Origin: an uncultured Bifidobacterium sp.
Lineage (GTDB): Bacteria > Pseudomonadota > Alphaproteobacteria > Acetobacterales > Acetobacteraceae
Assembly: GCA_964478525.1 (NCBI GenBank)
Contig: CAYZKM010000001.1
Coordinates: 1-40,523 of the forward strand
DNA length: 40,523 bases
Direction of reading: 5' to 3'
Numbering within the stretch: position 1 is the stretch's first letter; each line of letters opens with the position of its first letter. Below are positions 27,571 to 37,125 of this stretch, piece by piece. Position numbers and translations under genes: made by a program. Below the pieces are notes generated by a model. It was not told where the DNA came from. It made no database searches and was given only the letters and a program-made list of their open reading frames with translations.

Positions 27571-27717
27571 TCAACTTCTCCCGCAGTTCGCGCCAAGCGA
27601 TCGCGTTCCCGTGATTTGGTAGCAGGCGGGGCGCCCATGTCCAAGACCGGGGGCGGTCCTTGAGGGTTCGTGCGCATGGCCCTAGGCTGTCCGGAAAGAC
27701 CACCAGAGGGAAACGTC

Positions 27718-29265
27718 ATGGGGCCCCATATCGTAAAGCGGCGCGACCTGCTTGCCTTGATCGGCGGCGGCCTGGCTGGTGCCGCATCGATCCCGCAGGC
27801 CAACGCGCAGGGTTCGCCCAAACGAGGCGGCATCCTTCGGGTTTCCTGTCCCTACAATCCCTCGACGCTGGACCCCGCAACGGGCGGATCGGGGAATGAT
27901 CACGTTTTTCTCTATACGATCTACGATACGCTGGTGGAGTGGGAATATGAAACCCTGAAGCCGCTGCCAGGATTGGCGCGCGCCTGGTCCTATCCTGATC
28001 CGCGCACGCTGGTGCTGGACCTGCAGCCGGATGTCGTCTTCCACGATGGCACTCCGTTTGACGCACAGGCCGTCAAATTCAACCTGGATCGGGGCAGGCA
28101 GGACCCGGCATCGAACGTCAAGCCCGACCTTGCGACGGTGACCGAGGTTCAGGTGACCGGTCCGTTGCAGGTGACGTTGAAGCTGTCGCAGCCGGATACC
28201 TCTCTGCCGCTTACTCTTTCCGACCGGGCGGGGATGATGGTTTCGCCGAAAGCCGTGCAGGCGCTGGGAAAGGACCATGATCGTGCGCCGGTCGGCACTG
28301 GCGCGTGGAAATTCGTGTCCTGGCAGAACAACGAGAAGGTCACCGTCGCCCGCAACGACCGATACTGGAAACCTGGCCGTCCGTATCTGGATGGGATCGA
28401 GATGTCGGTGATTAACGAGGTCAATACCGGACTGCGATCGGTGATCGGGGGGCAGAACGATCTGGTGTATTTCCTGTCTCCGCAACAAAAGCCTGTGATC
28501 GAGCGGGCGAAAAGCCTGGTCTCGGTCAGTGGGCCGACGCTGTATTGCGTTCAGCTCTACATCAATTTCAGCCGCAAGCCGCTGAATGATGTGCGGGTGC
28601 GTCAGGCCCTGAATTACGCGGTCGATCGCGACGAGTTCAATCGCGCCACCATGAACGGCCTGTCGGAGCCCGCAGTGCTGAGCTTGCCGTCGTCGCATTG
28701 GGCGTTCGACAAGGAATCCGCCGCTTTGTACCCGTACGACCCCGACAAGGCGCGCAAGCTTCTCTCCGATGCCGGCTACAAGGACGGTATCGATCTCGAC
28801 CTCCTCGGCAATTCCGACCAGCGTTCCCTGCAGCGAGAGGAAGTGCTGGTTGAGCAGTTTCGCAAGGCCGGGATTCGCGCCAGGTTCACCAATGGCATCG
28901 TTCCGAACACAACGACACAGTTCTTCGTCGAAAAGCAGCACGACGCCTATCTCAGTGCATGGACCGGCCGGCCCGATCCCAGCCTGACCTATCAGCTGAT
29001 GTTCGGGAAGGATTCTTTCTATAACGCCGGTCGTGCCGATCCCGTTCCGAATCTCGCGGATGCGCTGCTGCAAACCCGGGCCAGCCAGGCCATCGACGAG
29101 CGCCGGGTCGCCTTCGCGAAGATGCAGCGGCTGGTTACCGAGAATGCGCTGGTCGTGCCATTGGTTTTCCAGTTCGCGCTCGATGCGCACAAGCAGTCGG
29201 TGAAAGGATACCGGATCAACCTTCTCGGCAAGCCGAAGTTCGAGGATGTGTGGCTGGATGGCTGA
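27718..29265 (+). CDS. ABC transporter substrate-binding protein, family 5 (DppA/NikA-like), with Tat signal; copy 1
   Basis: Twin-arginine leader KRRDLL, plus LDPA, IYDTLV, FHDGTPFDAQAVKFN, PVGTG and DVRVRQALNYAVDR. Confidence 0.92.
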   Translation: MGPHIVKRRDLLALIGGGLAGAASIPQANAQGSPKRGGILRVSCPYNPSTLDPATGGSGNDHVFLYTIYDTLVEWEYETLKPLPGLARAWSYPDPRTLVLDLQPDVVFHDGTPFDAQAVKFNLDRGRQDPASNVKPDLATVTEVQVTGPLQVTLKLSQPDTSLPLTLSDRAGMMVSPKAVQALGKDHDRAPVGTGAWKFVSWQNNEKVTVARNDRYWKPGRPYLDGIEMSVINEVNTGLRSVIGGQNDLVYFLSPQQKPVIERAKSLVSVSGPTLYCVQLYINFSRKPLNDVRVRQALNYAVDRDEFNRATMNGLSEPAVLSLPSSHWAFDKESAALYPYDPDKARKLLSDAGYKDGIDLDLLGNSDQRSLQREEVLVEQFRKAGIRARFTNGIVPNTTTQFFVEKQHDAYLSAWTGRPDPSLTYQLMFGKDSFYNAGRADPVPNLADALLQTRASQAIDERRVAFAKMQRLVTENALVVPLVFQFALDAHKQSVKGYRINLLGKPKFEDVWLDG

Positions 29266-29274
29266 GGCGCGCGC

Positions 29275-30303
29275 ATGACCGGAGATACGCCTGCGACCCT
29301 GCAGCCATTGCTGGCGGTGCGTGATTTATGCGTCTTCTTCAACACTGGACGCATCGAGATCCAGGCCACCAGTAACATCGAGTTCTCGGTGCAGCCAGGA
29401 GAACGGGTCGGCATCGTCGGTGAAAGTGGTTGCGGAAAGACCGTGACAGGGCTGTCGCTTCTCGGCTTGCTGCCGCGCCAGACAAGCCGCGTGACCGGCA
29501 GTGCGATCTTCGATGGGGAGAACCTTATCGGGCTGCGCCCGGACCGGCTACGCCAGATCCGTGGGCGCCGCGTCAGTATGATTTTCCAGGAACCCATGAG
29601 TGCGCTCGATCCCGTGTTCACCATCGGGACCCAGATTGGGGAGACGATCCGAGCGCATTTCGGTGTCGACAGGAAAGTGGCGCGGGAACGCGCGATCGAG
29701 GCTCTCGCCAGCGTCGGCATTCCCAGCCCCGCGCGCGTGCATGATTCCTATCCGCATCAATTGTCGGGCGGGATGCGCCAGCGCGCGATGATCGCCATCG
29801 CGCTGGTGTGCGAACCGCAATTGCTGATCGCCGATGAACCGACGACGGCGCTGGATGTCACGATCCAGGCGCAGATCATCGCGCTGCTGCTCGATCTGAG
29901 CGCCCGCACCGGGACGGCCCTGCTGTTCATCACCCATGATCTGGGCGTGATCGCGGAAACATGTTCGCGGATGATCACGATGTATGCCGGACAGGTGGTA
30001 GAGGACGCACCGGTGGACGATGCGCTGGTGCGGCCATTCCACCCGTATACGTCAGGACTTTTGCGATCCTTGCCGCGTCTTTCCGTCCCGGGGGCGACAC
30101 TGCACTCGATCGCCGGGCGTGTCCCATCGCTGGCGGACATGCCATCGGGTTGCCGCTTCGCTGCACGCTGCACAAGTCGGGGCACGATGTGCGAGTCCCC
30201 ACAGCCCCTGATCGATGCCGGCCGCGACCGGCGCGTGCGTTGCATGCGTCATGACAGCCTGACCCTGCCAGGTGCGTTGACCGAGCTGGAGACGGTGGCA
30301 TGA
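29275..30303 (+). CDS. Peptide/nickel ABC transporter ATP-binding protein (DppD-like)
   Basis: Walker A GESGCGKT, signature [23 protein letters not shown] and a C-terminal Cys cluster (GCRF...C...C...C). Confidence 0.93.
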   Translation: MTGDTPATLQPLLAVRDLCVFFNTGRIEIQATSNIEFSVQPGERVGIVGESGCGKTVTGLSLLGLLPRQTSRVTGSAIFDGENLIGLRPDRLRQIRGRRVSMIFQEPMSALDPVFTIGTQIGETIRAHFGVDRKVARERAIEALASVGIPSPARVHDSYPHQLSGGMRQRAMIAIALVCEPQLLIADEPTTALDVTIQAQIIALLLDLSARTGTALLFITHDLGVIAETCSRMITMYAGQVVEDAPVDDALVRPFHPYTSGLLRSLPRLSVPGATLHSIAGRVPSLADMPSGCRFAARCTSRGTMCESPQPLIDAGRDRRVRCMRHDSLTLPGALTELETVA

Positions 30304-31274
30304 CCAGTCCTATCGTCACCGCGCAGGACCTGCGGATTCAGTTTCCGACTCAGGACCGGCAGGAGACTGTGAAGGCCGTCGATGGCATCAGCTTCTCGAT
30401 CGATCCAGGTGAAACCTTCGGTGTCATCGGCGAATCCGGTTCAGGCAAATCCACGCTCGGCCGCGCGGTGGTGTGTCTGCTGCGGCCGACGGGGGGGAAG
30501 GTGCTGCATGGCGATGTGGATCCGTACAGCCTGCCAGCCCGCGCGCTGCGGCAAAGCCGGCGTGACTATCAGATCATCTTTCAGGACCCGAACGCCGCGC
30601 TGAACCCACGGATGCGGGTCCTGGACTCGATACGCGAACCGCTCGATATCATCGGTGAGCAACCGCGGGCGGAACGGCAGGCGCAGGCGGCGAGGATGCT
30701 CGATCTGGTCGGGCTGAACGCCGATTTCGGCCGGCGCTATCCGCATGAGCTGTCAGGCGGGCAGAAGCAGCGGGTGAACATTGCCCGTGTCCTGACCGTG
30801 CGTCCCCGGCTGATTGTTTGTGATGAGGTCGTGGCCGCGCTCGATGTCTCCATCCGGGCGGATGTGCTGAATCTTTTCATCGGTCTGCAGCGGGAATTCG
30901 GCCTGACCTACCTGTTCATCACCCATGATATCGGGGTGGTCTCGCATGTCAGCTCGCGCATCGCGGTGATGTATCTGGGCCGGTTCATGGAAATGGGACC
31001 GGCTGAAACCATCACCAGCAGGCCCCTGCATCCCTATTCCGAGGCGCTGCTGTCGGCGGAACCGGTCCCGCTGCCGTCGTCGATGCGCAAGGGCAGACGG
31101 ATCGTGTTGCAGGGGGAAATTCCCAGCCCCACCAATCCCCCCTCAGGATGCCGGTTCAGGACCCGCTGCCCGGTGGCCCGCGATGTCTGTGCCGCCGCGG
31201 AACCGGAATGGCGGACGGTTGGGCCAGGTCACTACATCGCGTGTCATTTTCCCGGCGCCCTCGGGGCACATTGA
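30300..31274 (+). CDS. Peptide/nickel ABC transporter ATP-binding protein (DppF-like)
   Basis: Motifs GESGSGKS, LSGGQKQR, VCDEVVAALD and PSGCRFRTRC. ATGA overlap with the upstream gene. Confidence 0.93.
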   Translation: MTSPIVTAQDLRIQFPTQDRQETVKAVDGISFSIDPGETFGVIGESGSGKSTLGRAVVCLLRPTGGKVLHGDVDPYSLPARALRQSRRDYQIIFQDPNAALNPRMRVLDSIREPLDIIGEQPRAERQAQAARMLDLVGLNADFGRRYPHELSGGQKQRVNIARVLTVRPRLIVCDEVVAALDVSIRADVLNLFIGLQREFGLTYLFITHDIGVVSHVSSRIAVMYLGRFMEMGPAETITSRPLHPYSEALLSAEPVPLPSSMRKGRRIVLQGEIPSPTNPPSGCRFRTRCPVARDVCAAAEPEWRTVGPGHYIACHFPGALGAH

Positions 31275-31283
31275 ACAGGAACG

Positions 31284-32831
31284 ATGCTCATGAAATCGAT
31301 CACAGGTCTCGATCGTCGCGCATTCCTGGGGATGCTGTCCGCGGGCCTGCCGTTGGCCTCGGGCGCGCGGGCGCAGGGCACGCCGCGCCGCGGCGGGGTT
31401 CTGAAGGTTTCCGCAGCATCCAATCCGTCCAGTCTTGATCCCACGACTGGCGGAGCCGGGTCGGATCATATTTTCCTCTATACGATGTTCGATACGCTGG
31501 TGGCGTTCGACTACACGACGCTGCAGCCGACTCCCGGCATCGCCGAGAAGTGGTCGTATCCCGACGATACGACCATGGTGCTGGATATCCGCCCCGGCGT
31601 ACTGTTCCACGACGGCACCCCCTGTGACGGGGCGGCGGTGAAGGAGAATCTGGACCGCAATCGCTTCGACGCACGATCCAACGTGAAGCCCGACCTTTCG
31701 ACCGTGACCGATGTCACCGTCACCGGGCCACAGCAGGTGACATTGAAGCTGAAGCAGCCCGACACGGCCCTGCCACTGATCCTGTCCGATCGTGCCGGGA
31801 TGATGTCGTCTCCAACTGCCTTTAAGGCCCTGGGGCGAGAGCACGACCGCAAGCCGGTCGGCGCTGGGCCGTGGAAATTCGTCAGCTGGGCCGACAATGA
31901 ACGCCTGATCGTCACCCGGTTCGACAAGTACTGGCAGCCAGGCAAGCCCTATCTGGACGGGATCGAGTTCCAGGTCATCCCCGAGGTGAACACCGGTCTG
32001 CGCGCCGTCATCGCCGGGCAGAACGATTTCGTCTACTTCCTCTCGCCACAGCAGAAGACGGTGATCGACCGCGCGAAGAACCTGGTCGCGGTGACCGGGC
32101 CGACCCTGTACTGCGTGCAGCTCTATCTCAATTTCGGGCGTGCGCCGATGAATGATGTGCGGATCAGGCAGGCGCTGAACTACGCGGTCAATCGGGAGGA
32201 GTTCAACCAGGCCACGATGAACGGCCTGTCCGAACCCGCGGTGCTGACCCTGCCGTCGGCGCATTGGGCCTTCGACAAGGAGATGGCGAAGCGCTACCCG
32301 TACGATCCCGACAAGGCCAGGGCGCTGCTGGCCGAGGCTGGCTTCAAGGACGGGCTGGAAATCGCCTCGCTGGGCTATACCGACCAGAGGCACATCCAGC
32401 GCCAGGAAGTGCTGATCGAGCAGTACCGCAAGGCCGGCATCAGGCTGAAATTTTCCAACGGAACGATCCCGGAAATGACCAACACCTTCTTTGTGGAGAA
32501 GAAGGGCGATCTCTATCTCAGCGCCTGGACCGGTCGCCCCGACCCAAGCCTGACATACCAGCTCCTGTTCGGGGCCGGGTCCTTCTACAATGCCAGCCGG
32601 ATCGAGGCGGTGCCGGAACTGGGGCCCGCCCTGCTGGAAACACGGCGCTTCCAGGATATCGAATCCCGCAGGCAGGCCTTTGCACGCCTGCAGAAGATCG
32701 TGACCGACAATGCGCTGGTCGTTCCACTTGTGTTCCAATTTGCGCTCGACGCCCACTCCCAGAAAGTGAAGGGCTACAAGCCCAACCTGCTGGGCAAGCC
32801 GAAGTTCGAGCACGTGTATCTGGAAGGTTGA
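31284..32831 (+). CDS. ABC transporter substrate-binding protein, family 5, with Tat signal; copy 2
   Basis: Twin-arginine leader DRRAFL, and long segments identical to copy 1. Confidence 0.92.
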   Translation: MLMKSITGLDRRAFLGMLSAGLPLASGARAQGTPRRGGVLKVSAASNPSSLDPTTGGAGSDHIFLYTMFDTLVAFDYTTLQPTPGIAEKWSYPDDTTMVLDIRPGVLFHDGTPCDGAAVKENLDRNRFDARSNVKPDLSTVTDVTVTGPQQVTLKLKQPDTALPLILSDRAGMMSSPTAFKALGREHDRKPVGAGPWKFVSWADNERLIVTRFDKYWQPGKPYLDGIEFQVIPEVNTGLRAVIAGQNDFVYFLSPQQKTVIDRAKNLVAVTGPTLYCVQLYLNFGRAPMNDVRIRQALNYAVNREEFNQATMNGLSEPAVLTLPSAHWAFDKEMAKRYPYDPDKARALLAEAGFKDGLEIASLGYTDQRHIQRQEVLIEQYRKAGIRLKFSNGTIPEMTNTFFVEKKGDLYLSAWTGRPDPSLTYQLLFGAGSFYNASRIEAVPELGPALLETRRFQDIESRRQAFARLQKIVTDNALVVPLVFQFALDAHSQKVKGYKPNLLGKPKFEHVYLEG

Positions 32832-32837
32832 ACGCAC

Positions 32838-33797
32838 GTGTCGATCCTGCGGCATGCACGGCTGATCCGGCGGCGGGTCCTGCAGATCGTCCCGGTGATC
32901 ATGCTGGCGACGTTTGTCGTGTTCGGGTTGCTGCAACTCGTGCCTGGCGACATCGCGGTGACGCTGGCGGGAGAGAACGCGACCGACGCACGCATCGCGC
33001 AGATCCGGCAATCCTACGGCCTGGACCGCCCGTTCCTGGTGCAATACGCATCATGGCTGTGGAACGCCGTCCACCTCGACCTGTCGCGATCGTACCTGTC
33101 GAACGAGCCGGTGCTGGATCAGATTCTGCACCGGTTTCCGACGACATTGCTGATCGTCGGCGGTGCCTTGCTGATCTCGCTGCTGGTCGGCATCCCGCTG
33201 GGCATTCTTGCCGCCACCCGTGCCGGGTCCCGTGTCGATACCGTCGTCACGAGCCTGGCCTCGCTGGGCGTCGCATTGCCGAATTTCTGGCTGGCCATGA
33301 TCCTGGTCGCCACGTTCGCGCTGTCGTGGAACTGGTTTCCCGCGACAGGATCGGTGGCGCTGGGGCGTGATCCGTCCAAGGCCATTCTGCACGCGACCCT
33401 GCCAGCGCTCGCGCTCGCCGCCGGCGGGATCGCCGAGGTCGCGCGTCAGCTGCGCAGCGCGCTGATCGAGATCCTGTCCGCGCAATATGTCCGCACCCTG
33501 CACGCAAAGGGCCTGTCGCCTGGCGCAATCCTGTGGAAGCACGGGCTGAAGAATGTCAGCGTCACCCTGCTGACCGTCATCGGCCTGCTGGTGAACCGGT
33601 TGCTCGGCGCAACGGTCGTGGTGGAGGCGGTGTTTGCCATCCCGGGCATGGGCAGCCTGATCGTCCATGCTGCCATCCACAAGGATTTTCCCGTCGTGCA
33701 GGGCGTCGTGCTGTCGATGGTGGTGATCGTGATCTGCCTGAACCTTCTGATCGACCTGCTCTACACGATCCTCGATCCCCGGGTGGCGCTGCGATGA
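32838..33797 (+). CDS. Peptide/nickel ABC transporter permease (DppB-like)
   Basis: Motifs PGD, YGLDRP, LPNFWLA, YVRTLHAKGL, VVEAVFAIPGMG and DFPVVQG. GTG start. Confidence 0.92.
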   Translation: MSILRHARLIRRRVLQIVPVIMLATFVVFGLLQLVPGDIAVTLAGENATDARIAQIRQSYGLDRPFLVQYASWLWNAVHLDLSRSYLSNEPVLDQILHRFPTTLLIVGGALLISLLVGIPLGILAATRAGSRVDTVVTSLASLGVALPNFWLAMILVATFALSWNWFPATGSVALGRDPSKAILHATLPALALAAGGIAEVARQLRSALIEILSAQYVRTLHAKGLSPGAILWKHGLKNVSVTLLTVIGLLVNRLLGATVVVEAVFAIPGMGSLIVHAAIHKDFPVVQGVVLSMVVIVICLNLLIDLLYTILDPRVALR

Positions 33798-34630
33798 TCG
33801 GCGCGTTCCTGCGCTGGCTGCGCACGCATCCCGCCGCGGGCGCAAGCCTGCTGTTCCTGGTGGCACTGTTCGTGCTGGCCATCCTTGCCCCGGTCGTCGC
33901 GCCGTTTCCGCCGACGCGCCAGGATGTGAACAACACGCTGGCCGAGGCTTCGTTGCGCCATCTGCTGGGCACCGACGATCTGGGGCGCGACGTGTTCAGC
34001 CGCCTGATCCATGGCGCGCCGACCACGCTGTATGCCAGCTTCCTCGCGGTCACGGTCGGTTGTGTGCTGGGCGTTCCCGTTGGCCTGCTGGCAGGGTTCG
34101 TCGGCGGCTGGGTCGATGACGTCATCAGCCGGGTCATCGATACCCTGCTGTCCTTCCCTGCCATCGTGCTTGCCATCGGCGTCACCGGCGCGCTGGGCAT
34201 CGGTCTGACAAATGGCATGATCGCTGTCGGGATCGTATTCTCTCCACAGCTCGCCCGCCTGGTGCGCGCGCAGACCCTGGTGGTGAAGCAGGAACTCTAC
34301 GTCGATGCCGCGCGCTGTTTCGGTGCCAGCATGACGCGGCTGATCCTGAAGCACATCATGCCCAACGCCATCCAGCCGGTGATCGTGCAGGTCACGCTGC
34401 TGCTGGCGGTGGCCTTGCTGGCCGAGGCGAGCCTCAGCTTCCTCGGCCTCGGTGTGCAGCCGCCACAGCCCAGCTGGGGGGCGATGCTGGCGCGCGCCTA
34501 CAACTACATGGAAATCGCGCCCGAGCAGATGTATGCCCCTGGCCTTGCCATCCTGTTCACCGCGCTTGCTTTCAACACACTTGGCGAGGCTCTGCGCGTC
34601 GCGCTCGACCCCACCGCGCGCCGGCGCTGA
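33794..34630 (+). CDS. Peptide/nickel ABC transporter permease (DppC-like)
   Basis: Motifs HLLGTDDLGRDVFSR, YVDAARCFGAS and EASLSFLGLGVQPPQPSWG. ATG 33794 overlaps the upstream stop. Confidence 0.92.
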   Translation: MIGAFLRWLRTHPAAGASLLFLVALFVLAILAPVVAPFPPTRQDVNNTLAEASLRHLLGTDDLGRDVFSRLIHGAPTTLYASFLAVTVGCVLGVPVGLLAGFVGGWVDDVISRVIDTLLSFPAIVLAIGVTGALGIGLTNGMIAVGIVFSPQLARLVRAQTLVVKQELYVDAARCFGASMTRLILKHIMPNAIQPVIVQVTLLLAVALLAEASLSFLGLGVQPPQPSWGAMLARAYNYMEIAPEQMYAPGLAILFTALAFNTLGEALRVALDPTARRR

Positions 34631-34633
34631 CCG

Positions 34634-35719
34634 CTACGCCGCTTCCATGCGGCCGGGGTTTCGTTCCGCCAGCAACGGGCGGACCATGCGGGCGAAGCGT
34701 GTCGCTTCCTCGTCGTGCAGATAGCCCGACAGGCAGAACGATGTGCAGCCCAGGTCGATGAACTCCTGCAAGGTCGCCGCGCATTGGTGCGGATTACCAA
34801 CGATCACGATGCCGGCGCCGGGCCGCACGCGGGTGACGCCCGTCCACAGATGCGGGCCGATCAGATCGCCGTGCTCGCGCGCCAGTTGCTGGACACGGCG
34901 ATTGGCGGCCGAGCTTGCGTAGTAGGAACGGATGAAACGAGTGTGGACGTCGGTGACGCCGCGAACCAGCTCGTGCGCGGCATCCCATGCCTCGGCTTCG
35001 GTTTCGCGGCACAGGATCTGCAGCCGCATGCCGAAGCCGATCTGCGCCTCTCGCCCGTGGCGCGCCGCCATGGCACGGATGGTCGCCATGTTTTCAGCGA
35101 TCCGCGCGGGCCGGTCGCCCCAGAACAGATGCACATCGGCATGTCTGGCCGACAGCTCCCACGCCTCGGTCGATCCGCCGCCCAGGTAGAAGCGCGGATA
35201 GGGCTGCTGCAGCGGCCGCGGGAAGACCCGCGCGCCCTTCAACCGGTGGAAGCGTCCGTCGAAATCCACCGGCCCGGTGCTGCGCCACAGCGCCTTCATG
35301 ATCGAGACATCCTCCTCCATCAGCGCATAGCGGTCTTCCTTCGCCAGGGTGATGCCTTCCGATTCCGCCTCGATGTCGCTTTGCCCGGCGATCAGGTTCA
35401 CCGCCAGCCGCCCGCCCGACAGCTGGTCGAATGTCGCGCCCATCTTCGCGAGCTGCACCGGGCTGACATAGCCCGGGCGCGCAGCGACCAGCGCCTTGAT
35501 GCGCTGCGTCCTGGCAACCGCCATTGCGCTGGCAATCCAGGCCTCCCGGCAGGTGGGGGCAACGGGCACCAGGAAATACTCGAACCCGGCGGCCTCGGCG
35601 GCCAGGATCACGCGGTCGAACAGCGCACCGGACGGTGGGATGAACGCGTCGCGATCGCCGTAACAGGTCGTGTCGCCCGATGTCGGCAGAAACCATCCGA
35701 ATTCCAGCGGTGCCCGCAT
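34634..35719 (-). CDS. LLM class flavin-dependent monooxygenase (alkanesulfonate monooxygenase SsuD-like)
   Basis: Motifs FGWFLPTSGD, AEAAGF, LVAARPG, ATFDQLSGGRLAVNLIAG, YLGGGS, LFWG and FCLSGY..EEA.RF. Confidence 0.88.
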   Translation of the reverse strand: MRAPLEFGWFLPTSGDTTCYGDRDAFIPPSGALFDRVILAAEAAGFEYFLVPVAPTCREAWIASAMAVARTQRIKALVAARPGYVSPVQLAKMGATFDQLSGGRLAVNLIAGQSDIEAESEGITLAKEDRYALMEEDVSIMKALWRSTGPVDFDGRFHRLKGARVFPRPLQQPYPRFYLGGGSTEAWELSARHADVHLFWGDRPARIAENMATIRAMAARHGREAQIGFGMRLQILCRETEAEAWDAAHELVRGVTDVHTRFIRSYYASSAANRRVQQLAREHGDLIGPHLWTGVTRVRPGAGIVIVGNPHQCAATLQEFIDLGCTSFCLSGYLHDEEATRFARMVRPLLAERNPGRMEAA

Positions 35720-35749
35720 GGACCCATCTCCTGCTGCGTGATCCGATGC

Positions 35750-35791
35750 TAGCGCGCTTTCCAGCTGACCGTAACCGGTCAGCGCGCGCTA
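35750..35791. promoter_or_regulatory. Nested inverted repeat in the divergent LLM / Ddn intergenic region
   Basis: TAGCGCGC-[TTTCCA]-GCTGACCG-TAAC-CGGTCAGC-GCGCGCTA. Confidence 0.35.
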
Positions 35792-35944
35792 TCTCATTGT
35801 TTGATCGCATGATTCACACGCTGCCACGATTCCGCTCAGCGTGATCATGCTCTCGCGTGGAACCCGGATGCGAGAAAACCGCCCCGCGTTTCCCTGCCTC
35901 ACCCGCTCGGCTATACCAGAGGCTTCGAAAAGGGGTTCAAGACG

Positions 35945-36409
35945 ATGTCGGAAGCCAAGCTCGCGCCAAGCCTGCCGCAATGGATGATCGACCATGCCAA
36001 CCGCTACCTGTCCAGCGGCGGCACCGACGGGCATCTATACACGATCAAGCTGCCCAACCTGCCGGAACGCGCGGTGCCGTCGCTGTTGCTGACGACCACC
36101 GGCCGGAAGTCCGGGGATCGCTATATCTTCCCGCTGTTCTACGGCGAAACCGGCAACAGCTTCTTCATCATCGCCTCCAAGGGCGGGGCGCCGGAACATC
36201 CGGGCTGGTATCGCAACCTGCTCGCGAACCCCGAGGCCGAGATCCAGGTCGGCACGCGCAAGATCCGCGTCCGCGCCCGTACCACCGCGGGGCAGGAACG
36301 GACGACGCTGTGGGCCAAGGGCGTGGAAATCTGGCCGCCCTTCGCCGACTACCAGAAGAAGGCGGTCAACCGCGAAATCCCGTTGGTCGTGCTGGATCCG
36401 ATCGGATAG
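35945..36409 (+). CDS. Deazaflavin (F420)-dependent nitroreductase family protein (Ddn/FDOR-A-like)
   Basis: Motifs LLLTTTGRKSG, IIASKGGAPEHPGWYRNLLANP and FADYQ...REIPLVVL. Confidence 0.9.
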   Translation: MSEAKLAPSLPQWMIDHANRYLSSGGTDGHLYTIKLPNLPERAVPSLLLTTTGRKSGDRYIFPLFYGETGNSFFIIASKGGAPEHPGWYRNLLANPEAEIQVGTRKIRVRARTTAGQERTTLWAKGVEIWPPFADYQKKAVNREIPLVVLDPIG

Positions 36410-36416
36410 TCCGCCG

Positions 36417-37094
36417 ATGCGACTGAACGCCGATTTCAGCCGGCGCGCCAGCGTGCATGCCGCCGGCCTGCCATGGGTGGCCTCGCCCATGGCAGGCGTG
36501 GAACGGCGGATGCTCGACCGCGTGGGGGCGGAGGTGGCGCGCGCCACCTCCATCGTCCGCTATGCGCCGGGCAGCCAGTTCTCCCGGCACACGCATGGCG
36601 GCGGCGAGGAGTTCCTTGTCCTGGACGGCGTCTTCCAGGACGAGCATGGCGACTATCCGCCCGGATGCTATGTGCGCAACCCGCCGACATCAGCCCACAC
36701 GCCGGGGTCGGCGCCTGGCTGCACCATCTTCGTCAAGCTGTGGCAGTTCGATCCGGCGGACCGGATGCCGGTGCGGCTGAACACCGCCGAGCGTGCCTTC
36801 ACCGCCGTGCCTGACCGGCCGGGCGTGACCGTGCAGGCGCTGTTCGCCGATGCGGTCGAACAGGTCCGGCTGGAACGATGGGCGCCCGGCGCGGCTGTCT
36901 CGATCGCGCCCAATGGCGGGCTGGAACTGCTGGTCCTGTCCGGATCGTTCGCCGAGCAGCAGGAGGATTTCGTCACCCATTCCTGGCTGCGCCTGGCACC
37001 GGGTGCGCGATTCGCCACCACCGCTGGTCCCGGCGGCTGCCGCGTCTGGATCAAGACCGGACACCTGGCGCGGATCCACGCCCTGCCGGGCTGA
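36417..37094 (+). CDS. Tandem ChrR-like cupin domain protein
   Basis: Motifs GVERRMLDR, ATSIVRYAPGSQFSRHTHGGGEEFLVLDG, IFVKLWQF and WIKTGHL. Confidence 0.88.
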   Translation: MRLNADFSRRASVHAAGLPWVASPMAGVERRMLDRVGAEVARATSIVRYAPGSQFSRHTHGGGEEFLVLDGVFQDEHGDYPPGCYVRNPPTSAHTPGSAPGCTIFVKLWQFDPADRMPVRLNTAERAFTAVPDRPGVTVQALFADAVEQVRLERWAPGAAVSIAPNGGLELLVLSGSFAEQQEDFVTHSWLRLAPGARFATTAGPGGCRVWIKTGHLARIHALPG

Positions 37095-37125
37095 CCGCGC
37101 CGGTGCCGGCGACCGACCGGGCTGA

